Virus record (IMG/VR): IMGVR_UViG_3300004088_000013
Location: 1-25,394 of that record
Direction: 5' to 3' (one strand)
DNA length: 25,394 bases
From: a virus
Lineage: Duplodnaviria; Caudoviricetes
The notes beneath the pieces were generated by a model. The model searched no databases. It was not told the DNA's origin and was given only the letters and a program-made list of their open reading frames with translations. A program made the position numbers and the translations under genes. This document shows, in pieces, positions 17,065 to 25,371 of this stretch (position 1 is its first letter; each line of letters opens with the position of its first letter).

Positions 17065-17598
17065 CTAGGGTTTTGGTTCCGTGCGTGTTTGCACAGCCTT
17101 TGCAGCGGCTTCGGTGTCATAGCCGTCTTCGTCGATGTCGAGCAGTTTGGCGCGATCACCTGTGATCGGCTGACCAACACCGTTTGCAATCACGAACTTA
17201 CCCTTGGTCTTACCCTTGGTCGACTTCATCACGAGCAACTGGTCGTCGGTCGTGGTGGCTGGAGCAGCGGCGTTCTTCGTGTCGTCCATTGGCATGGTCT
17301 GAGCGTCACCTGTGGAGAAATTCGGTGCGGATGGTGCTGCGGTGGTCTGGACCTCGCCGCCTGTGCCAGCGTGTGTCACGTTCACATCGCTTGCGCCGCT
17401 CTTGGTGTCGTCGGGGGTTGCAGCGCCTTTGTACAGCGACATGGTTTTGTCGCCTTCCTGGTCAGCATCGAAATCTGATTTGTTGACACGGATCGGGTCT
17501 TTCCCGCGACCACCGGATATCATCACCGTTTCGGTGCGACCGTGCGAATAACCGAGTGCGATTGACGTGGCAATGAGTGCATAAATACGTTTAGTCAT
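17065..17598 (-). CDS. Post-capsid hypothetical protein with N-terminal GY leader
   Basis: 177 aa; strong AGGAG RBS; ETV.I......IRVNKSDFD motif seen in small genes following P22-like coat genes. Confidence 0.75.
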   Translation of the reverse strand: MTKRIYALIATSIALGYSHGRTETVMISGGRGKDPIRVNKSDFDADQEGDKTMSLYKGAATPDDTKSGASDVNVTHAGTGGEVQTTAAPSAPNFSTGDAQTMPMDDTKNAAAPATTTDDQLLVMKSTKGKTKGKFVIANGVGQPITGDRAKLLDIDEDGYDTEAAAKAVQTRTEPKP

Positions 17599-17625
17599 TT
17601 TAATTCTCCTGTTTAGGGTGCGAAC

Positions 17626-17654
17626 ACCGTATCATGACAACGATCGATGCGCAA
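17626..17654 (-). promoter_or_regulatory. Possible promoter for the 177-aa gene
   Basis: TTGCGC-17 nt-TACGGT just downstream of the capsid terminator. Confidence 0.3.
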
Positions 17655-17696
17655 AAAATATCCCGCTGGTCTGTATGATTGGACCAGCGGGATATT
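17653..17696 (-). terminator. Rho-independent terminator after the major capsid gene
   Basis: 15-bp perfect stem aatatcccgctggtc / gaccagcgggatatt with a U-tract on the minus strand. Confidence 0.85.
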
Positions 17697-17718
17697 CAAA
17701 TCATTGCAACCTCAATGT

Positions 17719-18933
17719 TTAGCCGAGAACTACAGCAACATGCTCAGGCTTCGATACGTGCTGACCCCATGCCAGACCAATCTCACCGTACATCATGCGA
17801 TACCCTGGGTATATCGCGATCTCGAAAGTGACACCGCTGCGGGCATCAGTCACAAGGATCGAGTCAACCGCGAGATCGCCGCTGGTCGGCCGAGCAGGTG
17901 GCCGCATTGCAACGTGCAGGGCGTCCATGCTGAAACCGACCGTGGCCGCTTCGTAACTGGCCGACCGCGTAATTGCGGTTGCAGCAGCAGGGATCGCTTC
18001 ACGCAGACCGGGAGCAGCGAGCGTGATGGTGCCACCGGCGGTACCCACTGCAAGCACATACTTGTTCAGATCGCCGGCAAACGTAACCACGTCACCAGCG
18101 AGGAAAGTACCGGTGCCACCTGTAACGGTGATGACCGTAGCACCTACTGCATAACCAGCGGCATTGGTGGTCGAACCCGCAGCCGTGCCCGCCGTGTGAG
18201 CGTATGGCTGACCGGTTTCCTTGACCGAGAAGCCGTAGATGTCGAGCAGTTCACCCTGACGCAATGTCATCTGCGAACCGGCTTCGTTCACCTTCGACAG
18301 GTTGTGGATGGTACGAAGGTTGGCACCCGCGCTGCTGCTGAGGATCGCGGACCGCATCGACGCAGGTGCGCCGTTGTCGTCCAGAATCTTACGCAGTTGT
18401 GCGAGTTCGGTCAGTTTGTCAGCAGCATACGGCGTGGTGCCAGCGGTGCCGTAAGCACGCGAGGCATTGGTAGCCGCTTCCGTGGAAATATCGACTTCAA
18501 CCATGTTGGCGAGAGTACGGAAACCCTGCGCGAGGATCATGGCCTGTGCCGAAAGGAAGTTCGGGCCAGTCGACGCATTCAGAGCGCGCTGTTCCTCACC
18601 AGTGAAATTCCACTTGACTGCTTTCGCCTTGGTAATCGACATCACACCGGTTCCGAACGCATTGTCATAACCACTCGGAGGCGTCATCGCCGGAACGATG
18701 TCAGTTGCTTCCTGTGGTGGTGCGATTGGGTAGGTGATGGTCTGACCAACAGCGGCACGTTCAACACCGGCTTCGCGCATGGCGGACGGAATGAAACCGA
18801 CCATCTCACGACTAACCACGTCAAGCGCAGCAAAAATGTCGCCCATGATTGGGGAAAGGGTGTTGGCATACGCTGGCAGGTAGCCGATTACCGGTGCGCT
18901 GCGCGTAAGCAGAATCTGCTTCATATTGGACAT
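17719..18933 (-). CDS. Major capsid protein (P22 gp5-like coat) with N-terminal GY leader
   Basis: 404 aa; ANTL...ALDVVSREMVGFIP, ILDDNGAP, insertion domain GTGTFLAGDVVTFAGD, C-terminal YPGYR...LAWG...KPEH; follows the scaffold gene. Confidence 0.9.
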   Translation of the reverse strand: MSNMKQILLTRSAPVIGYLPAYANTLSPIMGDIFAALDVVSREMVGFIPSAMREAGVERAAVGQTITYPIAPPQEATDIVPAMTPPSGYDNAFGTGVMSITKAKAVKWNFTGEEQRALNASTGPNFLSAQAMILAQGFRTLANMVEVDISTEAATNASRAYGTAGTTPYAADKLTELAQLRKILDDNGAPASMRSAILSSSAGANLRTIHNLSKVNEAGSQMTLRQGELLDIYGFSVKETGQPYAHTAGTAAGSTTNAAGYAVGATVITVTGGTGTFLAGDVVTFAGDLNKYVLAVGTAGGTITLAAPGLREAIPAAATAITRSASYEAATVGFSMDALHVAMRPPARPTSGDLAVDSILVTDARSGVTFEIAIYPGYRMMYGEIGLAWGQHVSKPEHVAVVLG

Positions 18934-19028
18934 GGTGTGCCTCTTTGGTTCGAGATGGTGAGGAATGGTCCGTTCATCTCGAACTGCGACACTGGTGCCC
19001 GATCATCACGATCTGCGGCATTGCGGTA

Positions 19029-19058
19029 GGTGTAACTCATGGTGTGTGTGATAGTCAA
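19029..19058 (-). promoter_or_regulatory. Putative promoter of the capsid gene
   Basis: TTGACTATCACACACACCATGAGTTACACC; highly similar to the scaffold element. Confidence 0.65.
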
Positions 19059-19060
19059 CC

Positions 19061-19110
19061 AAAAATACACAACAAGGCCGGGGAGCCACAACGACAACAC
19101 CCCGGCCTTG
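19061..19110 (-). terminator. Hairpin / probable terminator after the scaffold gene
   Basis: 11-bp stem caaggccgggg / ccccggccttg followed on the minus strand by TTGTGTATTTTT. Confidence 0.6.
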
Positions 19111-19146
19111 GATCAACTCGCGCAAACCCCAACGCGAGGATTTCTG

Positions 19147-19968
19147 TTAGTCGACGATTTCAATCTCGCCCTTGGCGAGTTTCTGACCGACCGATGATTG
19201 CTCACCTGGTGTCAGAGCGTCGAAATCAGCGCGCTTCATGCGGTTGCTGCCACCACGGCCACCACCACCACCCTGTGACCCGCTGCCGCTCGCGTCAGGT
19301 GCCTTGAGCCATACGTCCTTGTCGGACCGTGACTCGATGTAATTTTGGAACGCTTCATCGACAGTGGCGATCTCACCATGCTTGTTCAGCAGTGGATCAC
19401 CTGTGTTGGTCTTGGGTACAACACGATCCTTTTCGGCGTCGTATTCGAAACGATCACGGAACGTCGCGCGCACTACGTCTTCGGGTAGTGCGACACGCTG
19501 TTTAAGGAAATCCGACGAATTGAATGCGTTGTCGAGTGCCAGTTTTTCGATACGCTTTTCCGCTGCGGACAATTTGCTATCGCGTTCGGTCAAATCCCTC
19601 TGGAACTGATCGGTGAGTTGCGACTTGACCTTATCGATCTCACCCTTGTTCACCAGTTCGTCCAGATCGACATCTTTCATCTTCGCAACTGCTGCACGCG
19701 CTGCTGCCGGATCGAGATCACCAAACGCATCGAGTTTCTTTTCTGCGTCGTTTGCGCGTTGCCGGTGCTGTTGCGCTTCGGTGTTCACTCGGTTGACGTA
19801 ACCTGGTGCGAGCGGCTTTTCTGCCCCGTCTGCGTCGATGTAGATCGGGTTGCCGTCATTGTCTGTGAGCAAACCACCTGCCTCATCCTTTTTCCATCCG
19901 CCTTTCGGTTCGTATCCGATGGCAAAAGTGGCGGCGGTAGTCAGCAGAAGCATAGAGCGAATACGCAT
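19147..19968 (-). CDS. Capsid scaffolding protein (DUF6651-like) with N-terminal GY leader
   Basis: 273 aa; GNPIYID, coiled-coil core, GEIATVDEAF, SGSGSQGGGGG and MKRADFDAL tail; lies between portal and capsid. Confidence 0.85.
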   Translation of the reverse strand: MRIRSMLLLTTAATFAIGYEPKGGWKKDEAGGLLTDNDGNPIYIDADGAEKPLAPGYVNRVNTEAQQHRQRANDAEKKLDAFGDLDPAAARAAVAKMKDVDLDELVNKGEIDKVKSQLTDQFQRDLTERDSKLSAAEKRIEKLALDNAFNSSDFLKQRVALPEDVVRATFRDRFEYDAEKDRVVPKTNTGDPLLNKHGEIATVDEAFQNYIESRSDKDVWLKAPDASGSGSQGGGGGRGGSNRMKRADFDALTPGEQSSVGQKLAKGEIEIVD

Positions 19969-19999
19969 GGGTGTGGTTCCTTCGTTGAATTCTATCGGT

Positions 20000-20029
20000 G
20001 GCTTACCGCATGGTAGGTGTGATGGTCAA
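20000..20029 (-). promoter_or_regulatory. Putative promoter of the scaffold gene
   Basis: TTGACCATCACACCTACCATGCGGTAAGCC. Confidence 0.65.
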
Positions 20030-20085
20030 GGGGTTGTTACACCCTCGACACCCAACAACCGAAAAGAGTGCCGCCGCTGCGTAAA

Positions 20086-21603
20086 TCATTCTCCCATCGA
20101 ATCGCGCGGCAGTTCATTGAGTAACCGCAGTGTCTCACGCTCATTGGTGAAATTCGAAGACAGCACGCCGCGCCGCTGCATTTCCTCATGGAGCGTCTGT
20201 GTGCTGATCGCACTGCGCTCGTGCATACCCATCAGTGCGTCGATGTCCTCACCTTCCATCCAGTCGTCGAACTCAGCGAAAACATGGATGGTTGGGTCAT
20301 ACCGCTCCTGCATCCACTTGGCGGTCAGCAGCAGCGCGTTCTCAAGGGTATCACCAAGCATGTAAGCCCATGCTTTGACCGCGCTCTTGGCCTTGCCAGC
20401 GGCCACAGCAGCCGTGATAACCGTGATGTTGCTGGATGACGCTGTGAGCGGCTGACGACCGAGTTCACGCAGGTTCTGGATCGTCTTGCCGACCCGTTCC
20501 TCCAGGAACTTGAGGATTTCGCTGCTCGGCTCGATCCATTCCCACCTGCCAGCCGGTCCACCATCGGCGCGCGGCGGGGACCAAAGCACCTTGCTCGGGC
20601 CGACCAGCAGTTTCCCTACCGGTTTGCCATCCGGCCCCTTTGGTTGCTCAATCCCGTTGCCAGCAAGCATGGAATAGGCGCTCATCGTGGCTTTGTATTC
20701 GAGTTCTGTTTCCTGCTTGAACAGGTTGATCGCAAGTTCCACAGCCGACCGCATCGGGGGATGGAAACGCCACCGGCGACCCTCACGCCGACCAGTGATA
20801 AATGGCACCATCGGTATTTCACCAATCGATACGTCACCGCTGTCGATCAGCACATATTCCGCGCGCGGCTCGGTGCGTTTCTGCCACAGACGCCATTCGA
20901 CAATCGTAGTCTTGCGACCGCTATTGTCGTAACTGTCGGTGCGCTCGAACTCGCGGATGTGCTGTGGTTCGCCAGGTTCGAGAATTTTGATGTAGGTGAG
21001 AACTTCATTGCCGCTTTCCATCCGCGACAAGACGTTCAGGACGTTCCGTGCGAGGATGTGCGACCAGTACGGGCGCAAACCGGCGCGCTTGGCATCAGCC
21101 ATACTGCGAATGTTCGGATCGCGTTTGTCGTGATCGACCATGATCCAGTCGACCGCATTGTTGATCCCTTGCAGGAACGTGTGCGAGGCGAAAACGGTCA
21201 GATTGTTACCGCTGCCGTCCACATCCCATATGAAGTCTTTGATCGTGTCGGGGATCGCGGGTTGGTCGGTTTTATCGTCGATCAACTGAACGGCTTGCTC
21301 GAACGGTTTCGCAGCGAGACCTTCCACAATATCGGAATAGACATTGGTGAATTTCGCGCATGATTGCCGGAACTTGTAGTCTTCGTTTTCTTCGTCGCGG
21401 AACTTCGGTAGGAATTCCGAGCCGCGCAGTTTCATTCCTTCAACACCATCCATCACAGCATCGACTTTTTCCCAATACGGCAGCATGAACGCACTGTCCG
21501 TACCGCGTGTCTCGAATGTCTCGACCGGCTGCGGCGCGCGCGGGTCAGATGGCGAACTGGCATAGCCGATAGCGATGGCGGACTTGGCGGTGAGAAGTTT
21601 CAT
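20086..21603 (-). CDS. Portal protein (DUF4055-like) with N-terminal GY leader
   Basis: 505 aa from ATG 21603; FLPKF..E...DY..R, DVDGSGNNL, RPYW and IP.VPF motifs; lies between terminase and scaffold. Confidence 0.85.
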   Translation of the reverse strand: MKLLTAKSAIAIGYASSPSDPRAPQPVETFETRGTDSAFMLPYWEKVDAVMDGVEGMKLRGSEFLPKFRDEENEDYKFRQSCAKFTNVYSDIVEGLAAKPFEQAVQLIDDKTDQPAIPDTIKDFIWDVDGSGNNLTVFASHTFLQGINNAVDWIMVDHDKRDPNIRSMADAKRAGLRPYWSHILARNVLNVLSRMESGNEVLTYIKILEPGEPQHIREFERTDSYDNSGRKTTIVEWRLWQKRTEPRAEYVLIDSGDVSIGEIPMVPFITGRREGRRWRFHPPMRSAVELAINLFKQETELEYKATMSAYSMLAGNGIEQPKGPDGKPVGKLLVGPSKVLWSPPRADGGPAGRWEWIEPSSEILKFLEERVGKTIQNLRELGRQPLTASSSNITVITAAVAAGKAKSAVKAWAYMLGDTLENALLLTAKWMQERYDPTIHVFAEFDDWMEGEDIDALMGMHERSAISTQTLHEEMQRRGVLSSNFTNERETLRLLNELPRDSMGE

Positions 21604-21609
21604 GGCAAC

Positions 21610-21638
21610 GCGATACCGCAGGACGGTGCGAGTGGCAA
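21610..21638 (-). promoter_or_regulatory. Putative leaderless promoter of the portal gene
   Basis: TTGCCA-17 nt-TATCGC-6 nt-ATG with no Shine-Dalgarno; spacer CTCGCACCGTCCTGCGG resembles the scaffold element. Confidence 0.55.
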
Positions 21639-21670
21639 TAGTTCTTGGATAGGTGCCACTCGCACCATGT

Positions 21671-21979
21671 TCATTTGTGTTTGCTCTTTCGCTCGTCATA
21701 TTCCTGCTTGAGACGAATTTTGGCTTGTTCGACCTTTGCGACCTCTCTGTTGTATTCAGTCGAATCCACACCGTAACAATGTCTTACAATACCTTTGATT
21801 GTGACTTCGGCAACGACACTTGGATCGCCGAGCATTGAAACAGCGACCATTTTGTTCACGTCTCTCAGTTCCCTTACAACTTCGTCATAGCGATACGAAG
21901 CGTCACGCATTGCACAACCAAGTGATTTACCGTCAGTCATTTCGTGACCGATCATTGCGATTAATAAAAGGGTGTTCAT
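21671..21979 (-). CDS. Hypothetical protein
   Basis: 102 aa from MNTLLLIAMIGH, starting 1 nt after the ParB-like gene stop. Confidence 0.6.
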   Translation of the reverse strand: MNTLLLIAMIGHEMTDGKSLGCAMRDASYRYDEVVRELRDVNKMVAVSMLGDPSVVAEVTIKGIVRHCYGVDSTEYNREVAKVEQAKIRLKQEYDERKSKHK

Positions 21980-21980
21980 G

Positions 21981-22787
21981 TCAGATATCACCCAACTTTG
22001 AGAGACCCTTGCGTTGTCGATCTGTCAACTCGGTTGCCATCGGTTGAATAAATTTAACACGAGGTTGATCTTTTGCGAAGTTTTTCCATGCGTACAGTAA
22101 AACCCGCAATTGCGATATCGAAGGCATCTTACGCGCGTTCCGTAGCCTGTCGATTATGATATATTCGCGTGCCGCGTGTATCGCATCACCTTTGTATTGT
22201 GGCTCCCTTACATTCAAGGTTTCCAATGCTTGTGAAATTTTAAGCGGGTCTTCACCGCTGGATATCAGAATGGTCTCCAACACCATGACCGCTGATGGTG
22301 CAAGATGTGCGTTGAAAGCAGCATTCCGAGCGCGTTCACTTTGTTCCAATGAAGGAAATGCGGAAATGATATCAAGTGTTCGTGTAGTGCTTATTTTGGC
22401 ACCGTCATGGTTGGAAAAAACTGCATGAAGCATTCGTGCCGCAGCCGCGATTTGGTTGCCGTTTTTCATACCACCGATTGTCAGCGCGTCACCCACTGTG
22501 CGCTTGCGCCCGGTATCGATTGTCAACATTGCACCCGATGAGGTTTTCACAACCAGAGTTTTGAATGACACACCAGATTGAACACATGCCGAAAGACGAT
22601 GTTGACCATCGATCAACCGCCCATTCTCATCTAGGACGATGGTTGCGCCATTCATCGCCCACAACCCGCGAGTCATATCGTTCGCATAACCATCTACGGT
22701 TTGTCGGCTGACACTTCGATTGGTGGATTTGTTATCAAGCAGATGCTGTGCAAACTGCGGAGTAATCTCGACTGTATTGACTTCCAT
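21981..22787 (-). CDS. ParB-like / DGQHR-motif protein
   Basis: 268 aa; ITP..A..LL...NR......V..YA.DM..G.W..NG..I....G.LIDGQHRL; AGGAG RBS. Confidence 0.8.
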   Translation of the reverse strand: MEVNTVEITPQFAQHLLDNKSTNRSVSRQTVDGYANDMTRGLWAMNGATIVLDENGRLIDGQHRLSACVQSGVSFKTLVVKTSSGAMLTIDTGRKRTVGDALTIGGMKNGNQIAAAARMLHAVFSNHDGAKISTTRTLDIISAFPSLEQSERARNAAFNAHLAPSAVMVLETILISSGEDPLKISQALETLNVREPQYKGDAIHAAREYIIIDRLRNARKMPSISQLRVLLYAWKNFAKDQPRVKFIQPMATELTDRQRKGLSKLGDI

Positions 22788-22826
22788 TTTTCATCTCCTG
22801 TCAATTAAGACCTATTAGGGGATTCG

Positions 22827-22855
22827 ACTTTATGATCCTACTTACCATGTGTCAA
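22827..22855 (-). promoter_or_regulatory. Sigma70-like promoter of the ParB-like gene
   Basis: TTGACA-17 nt-TAAAGT; the -35 box overlaps the terminase stop codon. Confidence 0.65.
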
Positions 22856-24591
22856 CCGCTGTACGAACCAACCTCCAACGACGCACTTTTGCGGTTCGAG
22901 GGGAAATAGCATTGGACCAATGCGTCGGCTAGGTTCGGTGAGCGTGTGCCGTTGGGGCGCTTGTCGACGAGTAATTTCAGTGACTGGGTGGATTTACCGG
23001 CAGTGGGCTGCGCCAATTCTTTCATCATCTGATAAAGCGGTGCACCGATGGCCGTTTTGTCCAGACTTATCAGTTCGTCAGGGTGGTATATTTCACTGGT
23101 GTCGCCCTTGCGCATCGCCTCGCGCAGTCGCCATGTCTTGTAGAAGCGCGTGCGGACGGACCACCATGCCTGTGCCTTGAAATTGTGGAACATGTCGCGG
23201 TTGAGCATGGTCTGGTCGTCACCCGGTATCAGCCGTGCATAGGGATCGATCACACCGCTACCAGCGTGCCACGGCACGAGTTCAAATTCATCCCACTCGA
23301 CCGCGCCGGTTTCGACCAGTCTGTTCCACTCCGATTTGATCGCCGCACCGATACCGATGCAGTCGTATTGCAGTTTTATCCCGCGCAATTGCCGTTCGCG
23401 CAGATCAGACAGTGTGTTGCGGGTCGTGACCCCTGGGTCGCGCTCGCCCCAATCGCGGCAGTGACGCAGGATGAACCCCTGTCTGATCGCCAGTGCGTTC
23501 TTGTCCGCTCCGTCGTCGGCCACATCGAGACCGGCCATCCATAGCGCACTGTCGGCCGCTGCTGCCATCAGCGGTATCTCCAGATGGGCATCGACCGCCG
23601 CCTCGATCCATTCGTAGGCGATGATCGTGTTCTCGACGGCGGCAGAATAATTCCGGTCGACTTCCTGCGCAAAAATATGCTGCATTCCTTCGCGCTCTGC
23701 CTTGGCCTTGCGCCGGTCGTACCATTCCTGATTTTTCTCGGGGTGATCGCGCCAGTCCATGATAAATACACGCGGCAGACCGGGTGTCAGGACGGCATCA
23801 GGCGACCAGACCTCACCGCTTTCTCGACGGCGGTGGAACACGTTACCGAGACCGTTCACACTGCTGATATCGATCTGGACATCGGTGTTATCACCAAGCG
23901 CCGCCTCGATCAGTTCGGGTCGTTCGTAGTGGGCCGCTTCATCCTTGAAATACCGTGACTTACGACCACCACGACCGATATTGTCGCCGCTCTCACCGGT
24001 GATGGTTGCACCGTTTGTCTTGTTAACAATCTTCATCAGCGCATCGCCCCATTCGGGTCGGAATTCAGGTGGCAGGCGGCGAATAATCAGGCGCATTTTC
24101 TCGAAAATACTGTCCGCATCACCGAGTTTGTCGACCAAATCCTGTTTGCGTGACCCCCATCCGGTCGCATCCTCCGGTATGTATCGCAGACACCATACGC
24201 TATACGCACACGCTACCCATGTTGCACCCATGTCACGCGCTTTTTCGATCAGACCGCTCTCGCCGTCCCGTCTGAGTTCTTCAAAGAACCGAACCAGTTC
24301 GACCTGCCGCTGGAAAAATACGAAAGGCATCCATTTATTTGTCTGTTTGCGCGGGTTATATGTGTCAACCCAATGCTGTATCCAGTCGGCGGGGTTCTGT
24401 GCATAATACGCATGTGCATTAGCAAGCATCCGTCGATCGGCACGCAATTCTGCGAGCGTTTTAATGCGCCAAGCATAGACAGCACGGTAATTGGGTGGCC
24501 ACTGATCGTGCGACAGACCGCGCGGACGCCACGGCTTGATCGCTATGGTCGTATCGGTGGGTGTGTGCGGTGCGAACAGGTCGGGTAGCAT
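22852..24591 (-). CDS. terL: Terminase large subunit
   Basis: 579 aa from MLPDLFAPH; Walker A EKARDMGATW, GRGGR, Walker B YFKDEAAH, ISSVNG, nuclease AGLDVAD and SPNLADAL. Confidence 0.95.
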   Translation of the reverse strand: MLPDLFAPHTPTDTTIAIKPWRPRGLSHDQWPPNYRAVYAWRIKTLAELRADRRMLANAHAYYAQNPADWIQHWVDTYNPRKQTNKWMPFVFFQRQVELVRFFEELRRDGESGLIEKARDMGATWVACAYSVWCLRYIPEDATGWGSRKQDLVDKLGDADSIFEKMRLIIRRLPPEFRPEWGDALMKIVNKTNGATITGESGDNIGRGGRKSRYFKDEAAHYERPELIEAALGDNTDVQIDISSVNGLGNVFHRRRESGEVWSPDAVLTPGLPRVFIMDWRDHPEKNQEWYDRRKAKAEREGMQHIFAQEVDRNYSAAVENTIIAYEWIEAAVDAHLEIPLMAAAADSALWMAGLDVADDGADKNALAIRQGFILRHCRDWGERDPGVTTRNTLSDLRERQLRGIKLQYDCIGIGAAIKSEWNRLVETGAVEWDEFELVPWHAGSGVIDPYARLIPGDDQTMLNRDMFHNFKAQAWWSVRTRFYKTWRLREAMRKGDTSEIYHPDELISLDKTAIGAPLYQMMKELAQPTAGKSTQSLKLLVDKRPNGTRSPNLADALVQCYFPSNRKSASLEVGSYSG

Positions 24592-24593
24592 GG

Positions 24594-24710
24594 TCAATGG
24601 ATACTCACTTCCCACCCGCGCGGGTCGAAGAACGATTCAATCGGGTAAACCGTGTCATTCATGGTAATTACCATGCGCGTTTCTACGTTGACGTGTGTGA
24701 TGTGTATCAT
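24594..24710 (-). CDS. 38-aa hypothetical protein
   Basis: MIHITHVNVETRMVITMNDTVYPIESFFDPRGWEVSIH; TGATG overlap with terS; stop lies 2 nt before the terL ATG. Confidence 0.45.
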   Translation of the reverse strand: MIHITHVNVETRMVITMNDTVYPIESFFDPRGWEVSIH

Positions 24711-25336
24711 CACTCGTCCCCGATAAACCGCTGGAACTCGTCGGCCGCTTGCTGTGTGGTGGTCTGGTCGGTCAGTGTAGGGGTTTTGTTGGTGGACGAC
24801 GATTTACGGTACGGATTATCCGCATCGGCACCACCATGCAGGTCGATCAGTATCTTAATCGCGGCAATCTTGCTGTGCGCCTTGAATTTCATCTTGGTTT
24901 TCGAACTACGGTTCAACCCGTCGCTCTTTTCGACATCGATGCTCTCGATCGCAGCCAATTGCTCGGGCGTGGCGTTCTCAAGGTCAAAATACGGATCACC
25001 CAGCGCGTCGTACCGCATGATATCCTCGACGCTGAACGTAGCAATGGCGTGCAACTCGCGGACATACCGGTCGAGATTGATATCCTGCTGCAATTGCAAC
25101 CGGATCAGACGCTCGGTTACTGCCGCAAGGACCATAGGCCGCTGGAGAAATCCGCGCGTGTCTCGCTCGATCAATTCACGGGGCAACGGTGCGTCGATCA
25201 GGTCCGCTACACGCGCTCCGTGACGCTTCGCCCCTTCGGCAATATCACGCACAATACGGTCGACAAATCCCCGTTCAGCGTCGGATATTTGCTGATAGGA
25301 TGTCTGAAACATGTTTGTGTGTGGCACCTGCAACAT
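24710..25336 (-). CDS. terS: Terminase small subunit
   Basis: 208 aa upstream of terL; VRELHAIA.....D...D....TPEQLAAIESI...K.K.HSKIAAIK.L pattern typical of small terminases. Confidence 0.75.
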   Translation of the reverse strand: MLQVPHTNMFQTSYQQISDAERGFVDRIVRDIAEGAKRHGARVADLIDAPLPRELIERDTRGFLQRPMVLAAVTERLIRLQLQQDINLDRYVRELHAIATFSVEDIMRYDALGDPYFDLENATPEQLAAIESIDVEKSDGLNRSSKTKMKFKAHSKIAAIKILIDLHGGADADNPYRKSSSTNKTPTLTDQTTTQQAADEFQRFIGDE

Positions 25337-25342
25337 TGCCCG

Positions 25343-25371
25343 CTTATGACTTTGGACGGGGTGATTGGCAA
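25343..25371 (-). promoter_or_regulatory. Putative leaderless promoter of terS
   Basis: TTGCCA-17 nt-CATAAG-6 nt-ATG; the spacer starts ATCACCC like the other elements. Confidence 0.45.

Noticed and set aside
17647-19029. 460-aa plus-strand ORF
   Set aside because: Antisense shadow of the major capsid gene; Arg/His-rich with no recognisable motif.
21604-21771. Longer portal start given by the ORF track
   Set aside because: Overlaps the upstream gene by 100 nt; a promoter-like element sits directly before ATG 21603.
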